From the IMG/VR virus record IMGVR_UViG_3300001598_000043, positions 15,687 through 79,686 of that record: a DNA stretch of 64,000 nt; one strand, given 5' to 3'. This DNA is from a virus. Taxonomy: Duplodnaviria; Caudoviricetes. A program made the position numbers and the translations under genes. Shown piece by piece: positions 17,759 through 27,080 of the stretch (within the stretch, counting starts at the first letter, position 1; every line of letters starts with the position of its first letter). The notes beneath the pieces are model-generated. The model saw only the letters and a program-made list of their open reading frames with translations, had not been told where the DNA came from and ran no database searches.

Positions 17759-18039
17759 TCGTACTCCTCATCTGTCACAACAACTTCATTAACATCATAG
17801 TACCCTAATGGGTAAATACCATATTCACAAGATGACGCTCTTCCTGACTTCAACCAACTACGGTTTGTTGCATCTGTACCAAGTTCTCCCTGGTCAGTTG
17901 CATACACCTTTTCAATTCTTCCACTCTCATACTTGATATTATCACCAGCTTTAATCTCTGTTCCATTCTTATCAAAATATCTATAATTTAAATTGTGATG
18001 TCCATCCTTATGAACCTCATATCTAATATCTCCTGCCAT
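17752..18039 (-). CDS. Hypothetical protein with YopX-like DKNG.EI..GD motif
   Basis: FDKNGTEIKAGDNI; start MAGDIR after GGAGG. Confidence 0.55.
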   Translation of the reverse strand: MAGDIRYEVHKDGHHNLNYRYFDKNGTEIKAGDNIKYESGRIEKVYATDQGELGTDATNRSWLKSGRASSCEYGIYPLGYYDVNEVVVTDEEYEW

Positions 18040-18040
18040 C

Positions 18041-18328
18041 TTACTTGTCCTCCTTATTCTCTTTCTCTGTCCATTTACATTCATAATCATCGTAGTTATA
18101 TGGTTGATGATTAATCTCATATCTACTCTTAACTGACACTGCTGAATTACCATTAACAGTAAGTCCAAAAGCCAAATCCTCTGCATAACTTGATGAGAAT
18201 TCCATCGGTTTTTCAGACTTATCAAAATGAGCCCATTTTGTTGCATTCTCAATACCTGTTACATATACAGGCCCATCGTTTGTGAAAACTAATACATAGT
18301 AATAATATTTTTGTTTTTTGTTTGCCAT
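18041..18328 (-). CDS. Hypothetical protein
   Basis: SD GGAGG. Confidence 0.6.
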   Translation of the reverse strand: MANKKQKYYYYVLVFTNDGPVYVTGIENATKWAHFDKSEKPMEFSSSYAEDLAFGLTVNGNSAVSVKSRYEINHQPYNYDDYECKWTEKENKEDK

Positions 18329-18351
18329 TCTTTTGTCCTCCTGTTGACTAA

Positions 18352-18678
18352 TTAATCTGTTGTTCTTAAATAATATGATAAGTCCTCTCCTTTGAGATTA
18401 TTTAACGCATAATTGTGTGTCTTCTGATATAAGTCAATATATAACTGACAAAACTTTGTGTTTTTCTCACTCCATTGCCAAGACTTCCAATTAAGTACCA
18501 TTACTAATTCTGTCAGATATTCACAATTACTCTTCCAATCCTTAAATGCTCTCTTGTATGTATCCTTAATTGCATTTATTCCAAAATTATCTGCAATTGA
18601 AAAATCCTCAAAAAATGTTGTCTTCTGTGTGTATCCACAAAATGCCTCTGAATCAAATGTTGATATTCTAAATTCCAT
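18352..18678 (-). CDS. Hypothetical protein
   Basis: TTFFEDFSIADNFG..AIKDTYKRAF..WK...YLTELVMVLNWK. Confidence 0.65.
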   Translation of the reverse strand: MEFRISTFDSEAFCGYTQKTTFFEDFSIADNFGINAIKDTYKRAFKDWKSNCEYLTELVMVLNWKSWQWSEKNTKFCQLYIDLYQKTHNYALNNLKGEDLSYYLRTTD

Positions 18679-18681
18679 ATT

Positions 18682-19023
18682 CTATACCTCCTGTGCAATG
18701 TAATTCTTCTTAATGTATGCATCCAACTTATTACATAACTCTACATACTTTGGGTCGTTGTTAAGTTCAGCCTGAACCTGTTCACGTGTAGCTATCTGAT
18801 AGATAACATACGTTGCACCTTCCTTAATCTTATTGACTGATTCACAATACTGTGTCTCAATAAGATTTGTGACTCTTTCTTTAAATTTCTTGTTAGGGAT
18901 ATATGCAAGTTTGATACAGTATGCATCGTCTTTACTTCCAACGAGTAACTGTACTGATTTGCAATGATTAGATTCTAATGTGCTTCTAATTGATTCGATA
19001 AGTGCTCTTGTTCTTGTCATCAT
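18682..19023 (-). CDS. Hypothetical protein
   Basis: First ORF after promoter 19064-19092. Confidence 0.6.
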   Translation of the reverse strand: MMTRTRALIESIRSTLESNHCKSVQLLVGSKDDAYCIKLAYIPNKKFKERVTNLIETQYCESVNKIKEGATYVIYQIATREQVQAELNNDPKYVELCNKLDAYIKKNYIAQEV

Positions 19024-19063
19024 TTTGTCCTCCTGTGATTGACTTACTCTTGACTACATAAAC

Positions 19064-19092
19064 ATTATATCAAATTATTAAACTATTGTCAA
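19064..19092 (-). promoter_or_regulatory. sigmaA-type promoter (conserved family)
   Basis: TTGACA-N17-TATAAT. Confidence 0.85.
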
Positions 19093-19097
19093 CTACC

Positions 19098-19571
19098 CTA
19101 AAAAGAGTAGTCGTAATAGTAATCGGCAACACCAATTGATATGTTCTTTCTGTAGTATTTCTTTTGGATTCCTTTTTCCATAATTACATCTTTGTCAAAT
19201 CCGTTATGACATAACCATAACTGTATATTTAACTTCTCTTTTGTAAATTCTCCGTCAGCATAGGCTTCTTCAATATCTTCTCTGGTTGCAATTACTTCTG
19301 TATACCAATACTTACCACGTTTAACTAATGTGATTGCAGGATTCTCTTCATTACTAATTAACTCCCAATCATTACTATAAGCTCCACCTTTTAACTTATG
19401 GTCGTATTCTCTAATCTTGATATGCTTTTGGTCGGTGACTTCAATAACTTCAAATGCGTGTCTATCACTCCAAAGATATTCAGTGACACCATCACCAACT
19501 TTAATCTCTTTTACAAACTGTCTGTTTTCTTCAAGTCTGTTATTAAGACTTCCATATAAAGTTCTACTCAT
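19098..19571 (-). CDS. Hypothetical protein
   Basis: IKVGDGVTEYLWSDRHAFEVI; own promoter. Confidence 0.65.
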   Translation of the reverse strand: MSRTLYGSLNNRLEENRQFVKEIKVGDGVTEYLWSDRHAFEVIEVTDQKHIKIREYDHKLKGGAYSNDWELISNEENPAITLVKRGKYWYTEVIATREDIEEAYADGEFTKEKLNIQLWLCHNGFDKDVIMEKGIQKKYYRKNISIGVADYYYDYSF

Positions 19572-19616
19572 CTTAAATCCTCCTTTGAGTTTTTCAAGTT
19601 TTCTTACTACACAAAC

Positions 19617-19645
19617 ATTGTATCAAACTATTATATATTTGTCAA
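19617..19645 (-). promoter_or_regulatory. sigmaA-type promoter (conserved family)
   Basis: TTGACA-N17-TACAAT. Confidence 0.85.
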
Positions 19646-19651
19646 CACACT

Positions 19652-19678
19652 AAAAAAGACCACTAAAAAGTGGCCTTT
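19652..19678 (-). terminator. Intrinsic terminator ending replication operon
   Basis: AAAGGCCACU-UUUU-AGUGGUCUUU plus U tract. Confidence 0.65.
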
Positions 19679-19695
19679 AATAATTCCTTTAATAA

Positions 19696-20004
19696 TTAAA
19701 TCTGTAATATCTCTAATCCGTATTCTTCTGCGACTTTGTGTTCTATTCTACATCCCCTTGAATTCTCCCATCCTTCTCCAAAGAATACGTAATCAGCTTC
19801 TGACATTGCTTTAATTGAATTTCCTAACATCCTAACTGGATTATCTGATTTAGTAAACAGTGAATCTATTAGATGTATTTCAGGTTCATACGTTTCAATC
19901 TGTTTAATCACATCTCTCGCAATATCAAAATACCTTGCTCGATTTGCAATTATTTCCTCAGATGATAAATCTTTCATTGGCTGACTTATAAATACTTTAA
20001 CCAT
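19696..20004 (-). CDS. DUF4406-like (nucleoside deoxyribosyltransferase-like fold) protein
   Basis: KVFISQPM...ADYVFFGEGWENSRGCRIEH..A. Confidence 0.7.
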   Translation of the reverse strand: MVKVFISQPMKDLSSEEIIANRARYFDIARDVIKQIETYEPEIHLIDSLFTKSDNPVRMLGNSIKAMSEADYVFFGEGWENSRGCRIEHKVAEEYGLEILQI

Positions 20005-20007
20005 ATT

Positions 20008-21090
20008 TTATTCCTCTGTGAGTAATCCAATAATACTTACTACTTCATCGTTAACTAACTTAATTGCACTATCAACACCATACCAAATTTCAATAGTATC
20101 AGATGTACAAGCCTTAATCTGTGACTTAAGTGTATTCACGTAGATGTTTCCAACAAAATCTGCAACATTATCTGAATCCTTGTAGTTGATTAATTCTGTA
20201 CCTGTTGATGTCTCACTTGATACAATCAATCCATCTTTTGTGAATGTCATTGTGATTGAACCTTCACTAAATGGGTCTATGAATAACGCAATTCTGTCTA
20301 AAGTCTGTAAGAATGTAGTCTTATCAATCTTACACATACTCTCGAATTCAGTATTAACAACATCCATAATATCACTAATCTGATATGTTTCAGTATAACT
20401 TACCAACTTACCATCAATTACACACTTATCGGTAACAAACTGAATCTCACCGTCATTATATCTAACTGATATTGTATCCTCGTTGATAACACCAACTAAA
20501 TCCATCAATTCTGCACTAATAAATAATGGCTCTTCTGTATTAAACAACTTATTGTCTAATGCATTGATTACCATCATATCTGTTGCAACCACGTTGTTTC
20601 CAACGAAATAATTGGTGTAACAAGGTGTATTCATTGCAACTGCTAATGCAGGTTTTAATGAATTAAGAATGGTTTTTACAGTAGATAATTTAAGTGTTCC
20701 AATCTCATTATCAATTATTGTATCTGCTGATTTTGGGAATTTAACTACGCTACCATCCTCATCAAGAATAATATCAATCTTGTATGTACCATTACCTTTC
20801 ACCTCTAAATAGGTATCCTCAACAGTAAGTGTGATATCCTGACTTGTGGTATTTGCAATTAACTTTGCAAACAAATCTGCTGATACAGTAACTTGGAAAT
20901 CGTCTGCATTTACGCCTGTTTCTTTGACAAATAAATAATTGGTCATATCAGTTGTAGATAATGTAAGAACACCATCCTTTAATTCAATTGATAGAAGACT
21001 TGTAAGTGGCATTAATTTATTATTACTAACACCCTTAATTGATTTTGACATCATTTCCTGTAATTTTGTTGTTGATAAAGTAAGTTTCAT
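20008..21090 (-). CDS. dnaN: Sliding clamp (DNA Pol III beta-like)
   Basis: 360 aa; LMPLTSLLSIELKDGVLTLSTTDM, FLQTLDRIALF; phage also encodes a clamp loader. Confidence 0.75.
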   Translation of the reverse strand: MKLTLSTTKLQEMMSKSIKGVSNNKLMPLTSLLSIELKDGVLTLSTTDMTNYLFVKETGVNADDFQVTVSADLFAKLIANTTSQDITLTVEDTYLEVKGNGTYKIDIILDEDGSVVKFPKSADTIIDNEIGTLKLSTVKTILNSLKPALAVAMNTPCYTNYFVGNNVVATDMMVINALDNKLFNTEEPLFISAELMDLVGVINEDTISVRYNDGEIQFVTDKCVIDGKLVSYTETYQISDIMDVVNTEFESMCKIDKTTFLQTLDRIALFIDPFSEGSITMTFTKDGLIVSSETSTGTELINYKDSDNVADFVGNIYVNTLKSQIKACTSDTIEIWYGVDSAIKLVNDEVVSIIGLLTEE

Positions 21091-21101
21091 TTTTACCCTC
21101 C

Positions 21102-21917
21102 TTAAAATAGTTTACTTGTCTTTTTAGGTATTGCCTTGTTATAAGGATTTGTGTTTGGTACAACCTTATATGGTCTACCATTTAATCTTGATAAAGATTC
21201 TTGATAATAATTCTCTGATATCTCAAATCCAATAAAATGTCTATTAAGACTCTTTGCAACATAGCAAGTAGTTCCACTACCACTAAATGGGTCTAATACC
21301 ACATCATTTTCATATGAGAATAAATCAATACATAATTGTGGTAATCTCTCTGGAAAACAAGCAATTGTGTATCCTGGTGTAGTTCCTATATGCCATACAC
21401 CACTACAACCCTCCATAAAATCACCTCTACTTATTGTAGATTTCCCTTTATTCTGTTTATTCCACTGATTCTTATATGCAATTAATATTCCCTCATATGG
21501 TGTCTGTATGAATGGGGCAGATGCTGATAACCAACTACCCCAAGCAGTCTGTTTTTTCATTGTTAAATCATCCCACATTGCAATTTTATGTGTATGATAA
21601 CCAATATCATCCATTATGTTCTTAAAATCAAATAATGGGAATCTTGAACAACTATCACCATTCTTTCTTGGTGCATTACAGAAGTAATGATTAATACATA
21701 TTCTTCCATCATCCTTGAGTATTCTATAACACTCTGATAACCACTCTCTTACCCATTTAAGGTAATCTTCCCACTGCATATTATCATCCCAACTATCATA
21801 CTCAATTCCAACATTGTATGGAGGTGAAGTTACAATTAGGTCTACAGAATTATCTTCGACTTGTTTCAATCCTTTGACACAATCCATATTGTATATGTTA
21901 TCAATTTGTAATCCCAT
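21102..21917 (-). CDS. DNA methyltransferase (N4-C/N6-A, beta class)
   Basis: DLIVTSPPYN, VVLDPFSGSGTT, FIGFEIS; start ATG 21917 after AAGGAG. Confidence 0.9.
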   Translation of the reverse strand: MGLQIDNIYNMDCVKGLKQVEDNSVDLIVTSPPYNVGIEYDSWDDNMQWEDYLKWVREWLSECYRILKDDGRICINHYFCNAPRKNGDSCSRFPLFDFKNIMDDIGYHTHKIAMWDDLTMKKQTAWGSWLSASAPFIQTPYEGILIAYKNQWNKQNKGKSTISRGDFMEGCSGVWHIGTTPGYTIACFPERLPQLCIDLFSYENDVVLDPFSGSGTTCYVAKSLNRHFIGFEISENYYQESLSRLNGRPYKVVPNTNPYNKAIPKKTSKLF

Positions 21918-21930
21918 TGTCATCTCCTTT

Positions 21931-23022
21931 TTAGAATAATTTCTTTTGAGTATGTTTGATTCGATTTTCTGCAATTGCAATATACTCTGGATTTAACTCA
22001 CAACCTACGTAGTTTCTGTGATTTTTCTTTGCAACAACACCGACTGTACCACTACCCATAAATGGGTCAAGTACTACTCCACCTTTAGGACAACCAGCTA
22101 ATAAACACTGTCTTACTAATTCCTCTGGAAATGTTGCAAAATGAGCACCTTTAAACTTTGATGGTTGAATTGTCCATACGTCTCTCTTATTACGTTTTCC
22201 TGTGTATTCTTTCATACCTGGTGTATTAGATGCACCGTCTGGTCTTCCACCACCTAATAATTCTTTCTGCCCTACATTAAATGGAGAATTATATCTTGAT
22301 GCGTATAAAGGATTTGCATCCTCTTGCATTGATTCGTGGTCAAAATAATATGTAGGTGATTTAGTTAATAGGAATATATATTCGTGAGACTTTGTACATC
22401 TGTCAGTAACACTTTCAGGCATTGGATTTGGTTTATGCCATATAATATCCTGTCTTAAATACCAACCGTCATTCCTTAAAGCAAATGCCAACATCCACGG
22501 TATCCCTATCATATCCTTTGGTTTACAGGTATTTACAAGATGTTTACTTGTAATATTATCTACACTACCTACATTTGTTTTCTGCTTATCACTTGTAACC
22601 GAACCAGTATTTGATGAATTATAAGTATCACCAATATTCAACCATAGTGTTCCATCGTCTGTCATTGCTCTTCTAATTTCTCTAAAGATTTCAACCAAAC
22701 GATTTATAAAATCCTCTGGTGTTTCTTCTAACCCAACCTGTTCATCAATTCTAATTGCACCACAATCTGGACATACACTTTTGTATATTCCACTTGCACA
22801 AGCAATTCCCATCTCTCTCATTTTCTTATGAGTTCCTGTTGATGCAGTATCACTTATCGGCTTCATATGTTTACAATTAGGGTCTCCACCTTGCCAAGTA
22901 GCAGTTCCATAGTCACGTAAACCAAAATACGGAGGAGATGTTATACAACAATTTATACTATTATCTGGAAATGTCTTTAAAGTATCTAAATTGTTACCTA
23001 AATAAATTTTATTAACGTCCAT
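21931..23022 (-). CDS. DNA methyltransferase (N4-C/N6-A, beta class)
   Basis: CITSPPYFGLRDY, WLNIGDTY, HFATFP, VLDPFMGSGT, GCELNPEY. Confidence 0.92.
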   Translation of the reverse strand: MDVNKIYLGNNLDTLKTFPDNSINCCITSPPYFGLRDYGTATWQGGDPNCKHMKPISDTASTGTHKKMREMGIACASGIYKSVCPDCGAIRIDEQVGLEETPEDFINRLVEIFREIRRAMTDDGTLWLNIGDTYNSSNTGSVTSDKQKTNVGSVDNITSKHLVNTCKPKDMIGIPWMLAFALRNDGWYLRQDIIWHKPNPMPESVTDRCTKSHEYIFLLTKSPTYYFDHESMQEDANPLYASRYNSPFNVGQKELLGGGRPDGASNTPGMKEYTGKRNKRDVWTIQPSKFKGAHFATFPEELVRQCLLAGCPKGGVVLDPFMGSGTVGVVAKKNHRNYVGCELNPEYIAIAENRIKHTQKKLF

Positions 23023-24077
23023 TTTTTGCCCTCTGTTTATCTACGTCCATTCCGTGAGATGTATTAGTTTCTTTTTCTTTTAGTTTGTTACCATCAATAG
23101 TATCACCGTACCATCTGTAAGTTATTTCAACGTCACATTTAATAGGCATCTCAAGTATTTCCTCAGCTGCGTGTGACATAGTATCTGCAAGTAATTTAGA
23201 GCACTCATATGCATTTTCCTCTGGACATTCTGCAATGATTTCATCGTGTACAGGAATAAGAATCTTAAATCCTAATTCTTGAAGTCTTTTATTCCTATGC
23301 AATTCAATCATCGCAAGTTTTGTAAGGTCAGCTGCTGAACCCTGTATTCTTGCATTTACACACTGTCTAACGGCATCAGATATCTTTTTACCATTGTCTA
23401 TAATCCATATGCCCTCTGAATTAGCTTCTTCAAATATTCTCTGTTTATCTTTAAATCTGCACTTTGACAGTTTCTTTAGATAGTAATTTTGAATATGTTC
23501 TGGTACTTCGTACTCTATAGGTTCACCGTTCTCGTCTACGTCTGATTCAAAATCAAGTAAATCATCTGATGGAGATGAACCATCTTTCCACTTAAATTCA
23601 TAATCGGGTAACTGTAAGTCAGGTAATCTTCTTTTTCTACCACAAACCGTTGTAACAAATCCTACTTCGTGTGCCATATCTAAACTGTCTTGTTCAAACT
23701 GTTTAATAGCTGGAAAACCTTGAAAAACACTATCTTTTATCTGTTGTGCTTTTTCAGTTGTTGTATTGAGCTGTTCAGCAATACTTGGAACTCCTCTTCC
23801 GTACAACACTCCAAGCAAGATTGATTTTGCTTGTGTTCTTCTTTCTTTTCCCTCTTTGTTTGTAGTTCCATCTTCTCTAAACTCTCGACAATCATCGTAG
23901 GATTTATTGAAGGCCTTACTTGCAATCTCACTATATAAGTCCTTTCCTTGCATAAATGTATCATACATCTGTGGGTCACCCTGTTGTCTACATAATGCCG
24001 CTAAACACTTCGGTTCTTGTTGACTAACTAAAGTCACTAGACATTAATACATATTGTGTTCTTGTCCGTAACTTCAT
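23012..24077 (-). CDS. polA: Family A DNA polymerase, C-terminal polypeptide (motifs A, B, C); frame broken by a 4-nt duplication at 24023-24030
   Basis: ATG 24077 with SD GGGGGTG gives MKLRTRTQYVLMSSDFS-stop; removing one TAGT gives SSDFSQQEPK (motif A), RTQAKSILLGVLYG (motif B), VHDE (motif C); 1062 nt after correction. Confidence 0.85.
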
Positions 24078-24313
24078 AACATAAATCACCCCCTTCAACT
24101 TCTTTAATACTATTAACATAAACTATATCATCAGTATCAACAATTAAAGCATCTCCAACTTTTATACTCGATGCACGTTTAAACCCATTTGGTGTTTCTA
24201 CTTCACACCACTTATTAAGTGTAAAAGTATTATTAGTGTCTACTATCTCATTTTCAGAATTAGTAGCTACAAACATCTTTCTAATGTCTTTGTTGTGAGA
24301 TGGTATATTTTGT
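24037..24313 (-). CDS. polA: polA N-terminal polypeptide exon 2: QNIPSHNKDIRKMFVAT plus degenerate Hint/intein-like tail
   Basis: Splicing joins AAC CT to A CAA AAT ATA CCA (NLQNIP); tail TLNKWCEVETPNGFKRASSIKVGDALIV resembles intein block A; stop TAG 24039-24037. Confidence 0.8.
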
Positions 24314-25043
24314 CAAAATTGTTACCTTATAGGCTCTTTATCCTATAATTCAAACACTTGTTTATTCGTGTTTGTTCAGACTATCTCTCAAACCGTTTAT
24401 AAATTGGCCATTAATTTTATTTCTTCTATTTTCTAAATCTTTTATATGATGTACCCCTTGATGTTCAGAGCGTGTAGTTAATTCAAGATTTTCAATTCGA
24501 TTATCCAGTTTATCACCATTTTTATGATGTACTATTTCATCACTATTTAGTGGTCTTCCTAAATAATCTTCCATTACTTTTCTATGAACTTGATATCGTC
24601 CACTCACCGTAGATACACATTTGTATCCACCATATATATATACTCTCTGGGTTTACGATTTCCGCCACGTCTATTAGCAATCTTCAAAGCACTTACTTTA
24701 TGTAAAATTGATGATTGTGTTCGTCCTAAATATTTTGAACATTTTACTAATCCAAGGGTCTCATAATTTTCTTTTAGCCATTCAACATCTTTCTCACTCC
24801 ACCATTTGTACATATTTGTACCTCCTTTATCAAGGAATATTTTATCATAAGAAAGTATGTTTTGTAAACGGTCAACGGGCGCTCGTGTCAGTTTTATTGT
24901 TTTTGCTACTCAACTGTTAGTCGTTACACCTCTTCACTACTTTTATGCAATTCGTGAATTTGGCTCGGTATTCGCATTTCAGCCTTTACCGAATTCACCC
25001 GTTTATGCATTGTACATATTACTATGCACACGCCCACAAATTT
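24314..25043 (-). mobile_element. Group I self-splicing intron (IA2-like, 730 nt) in polA
   Basis: 5' exon ends U and intron ends G. IGS UUUGUGGG pairs with 3' exon ACAAA (P10) and 5' exon CCU (P1). P3 AACGGGUG (24996-25003) pairs with CGCCCGUU (24874-24881). P7 GACUA (24918-24922) pairs with UAGUC (24379-24383). P8 ACCGUUUA pairs with UAAACGGU and encloses the ORF. P9 hairpins present. Confidence 0.93.
24362..24813 (-). pseudogene. Intron-encoded HNH homing endonuclease, frameshifted at an (AT)n tract
   Basis: Two ORFs (24604-24813, 24362-24607) fuse to 149 aa if 2 nt are removed from ATATATATATA (24632-24642); VHRKVME...[16 protein letters not shown]...EH. Confidence 0.85.
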
Positions 25044-26359
25044 AGGTTTGGTTCACTACTTGAGAATCTACCTGTATCTGCACCGTACTGATTAAACTTA
25101 CAATGTACTCTACCGTCTTTTGGGTTAACACAATTAGGCATCTTGTCTATGTAAGTATCAATTAATTTAGATGTTCCTCTATAATCTAAAATAGCTTTAC
25201 ATATTGGATGGTCGATATTAGATAATACTTCTTCACCTGTTCCTCTCAATGGTTTTTTAGTTTTCTTATCAATCGGTTGAGGTAGTTTCAATATATCATA
25301 TAACAATGTAGCTAACTGTGTTGGAGATGCAACATTTATTGGGTCATCCAATTTACAATCACTATGAGTTACAATATATCTCGAAATCTCATCTTCATAG
25401 TCATTACAAATATCGTAAAATGTGTTTAGTTTCTCTTCCAACAAACTATGATATTTCTCTTTTAACTCATTATTATAATCTAAATCTAAAGTAATTCCAT
25501 TATCCTCCATATCAGCAACTACTGATACACAAGGCATCTCAATATTATTGAATACCCAAGCTATATCCTGTAATCCTCTTGACTTGCATATTTCACTATT
25601 CTCATCAAGATATTTACGTTGATACATATATAACTCATATGTAATCTTTGCATCGTGAGCCGCATACAAATAACCTGTGGTAATTGGAATCTGTGAAAAT
25701 GGTATACCCTTAAATAAATCATCAAATTTAAAGGCATCTCCCTCACCACCAAGTACATACTTTTGATGAAGTTTCTTTAAACCATTATTACCAGCTCCCT
25801 CGTTCTCATTTAAACATCGAGCAGCTAAATAACAATCCCATTTACATTCTAAATATACACCTAATCCGTGTCTGATGAATCGTATATCGAAAGCTGCATT
25901 AAACATTATAATATCAACTTTAGCATCTACAATTCTCTGAAATTCTTCTTTAACTACATCAATAGGTAACTGATTCTGTACCTTTGCCATAGTTATATAA
26001 GATATGTGATTTAAAGGGATATATGATGTCTTTTCACCAGGTGTGTAAATACATATACCTACAAGGGTATCTACTAATGGGTCTAAACCTGTGGTCTCTG
26101 TATCAATTGCAATTACATTATTCTCAATACATTTTGATATGTAATTATGCAATACATCTACATCTTGAATAATCAATGATTCTTCTTTAAAATCACCCAA
26201 GTTTTTCTCTACAAATGCATTAATTGTAGATATTCTACCCATAATACCGTTACCACCTCTAACCGAAGTAGCAACGGCTTTAGATTTAGCATTAGACTTC
26301 TTTGCTATAGACATTGATTTAGTTTTATCTGCACGTTGTGGTACATTAAATAAAGCCAT
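25044..26359 (-). CDS. polA: Family A DNA polymerase exon 1 (3'-5' exonuclease, thumb)
   Basis: AIDTETTGLD, FNAAFD, YAAHDA, SPTQLATLLY, GRVHCKFNQYGADTGRFSSSEPNL. Confidence 0.93.
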
Positions 26360-26379
26360 ATAGCTAACCCTTTCTTACT

Positions 26380-27078
26380 TTAAAATCCCTCGTCCTCATT
26401 TCTTCTGCCAGCAGGTGTTCTTCTTGATACAGGTTCTCTGTCTGCTCTGTCATCTCTTCTTGCACCTCTATCAGATGGACGACTAGTTGTTTCTCGTCTT
26501 CTTGTATCTCTATTTGATGAATCATCATCTGGGAATTCACCATTATCAAGATAATAATACATCTCGTCTGCATTCTTATCTAATACAAGTCCACCTAAAA
26601 TTGTAGGCATCTCGAAATCTTCAAGTGTTGAATCGTCTGAACCCTGTTCATAAATTTCATAAGATGTCTGTGTATCACCAGGTTTTCCGTGTCTTTCAAC
26701 CTCGAATTTATGTGATACTAAATTAGAATAGTGTGAACATAAACTTGAGAGTTTTGCACCAAACTGTTTTCCTCTTTCCCAAGTCTGTACTCTGTCTTCA
26801 TCAATGTTATAAACTGGTACGAAATACTTTGCAGTTGTAAACATCTTCTCTGCACAGAATGGACACACATCAAGTGGCTGTCCGTACTCTCTAATACAGT
26901 TTACGTATCTCTTCTTTCCATCAATTTCTACCTGATGTACTGCAAGTCCTTCTACATCATCAATGTCTCTGTAAAGGAATCTAACTCTTGCTACATCCTT
27001 GTCATTCTTGAGTGAAAAGAATCCACCTCCACCCTGTCCACCGTACTTGTCTGCATCATCAACTGAAAATCTTGCCAT
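26380..27078 (-). CDS. Single-stranded DNA-binding protein (gp32-like, zinc-binding)
   Basis: FFSLKNDKDVARVRFL, CPFC, acidic C-terminal tail ending EDEGF; position next to pol. Confidence 0.7.
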   Translation of the reverse strand: MARFSVDDADKYGGQGGGGFFSLKNDKDVARVRFLYRDIDDVEGLAVHQVEIDGKKRYVNCIREYGQPLDVCPFCAEKMFTTAKYFVPVYNIDEDRVQTWERGKQFGAKLSSLCSHYSNLVSHKFEVERHGKPGDTQTSYEIYEQGSDDSTLEDFEMPTILGGLVLDKNADEMYYYLDNGEFPDDDSSNRDTRRRETTSRPSDRGARRDDRADREPVSRRTPAGRRNEDEGF

Positions 27079-27080
27079 TT

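Noticed and set aside
23012-24037. GTG-initiated polymerase C-terminal ORF as given in the track
   Set aside because: It would lack the catalytic motif A Asp. An upstream ATG with SD (24077) and the 4-nt duplication explain the frame better.
24037-24260. Functional split intein in polA
   Set aside because: No Cys/Ser at intein position 1 and no C-terminal His-Asn plus nucleophile in polypeptide B; treated as a degenerate remnant
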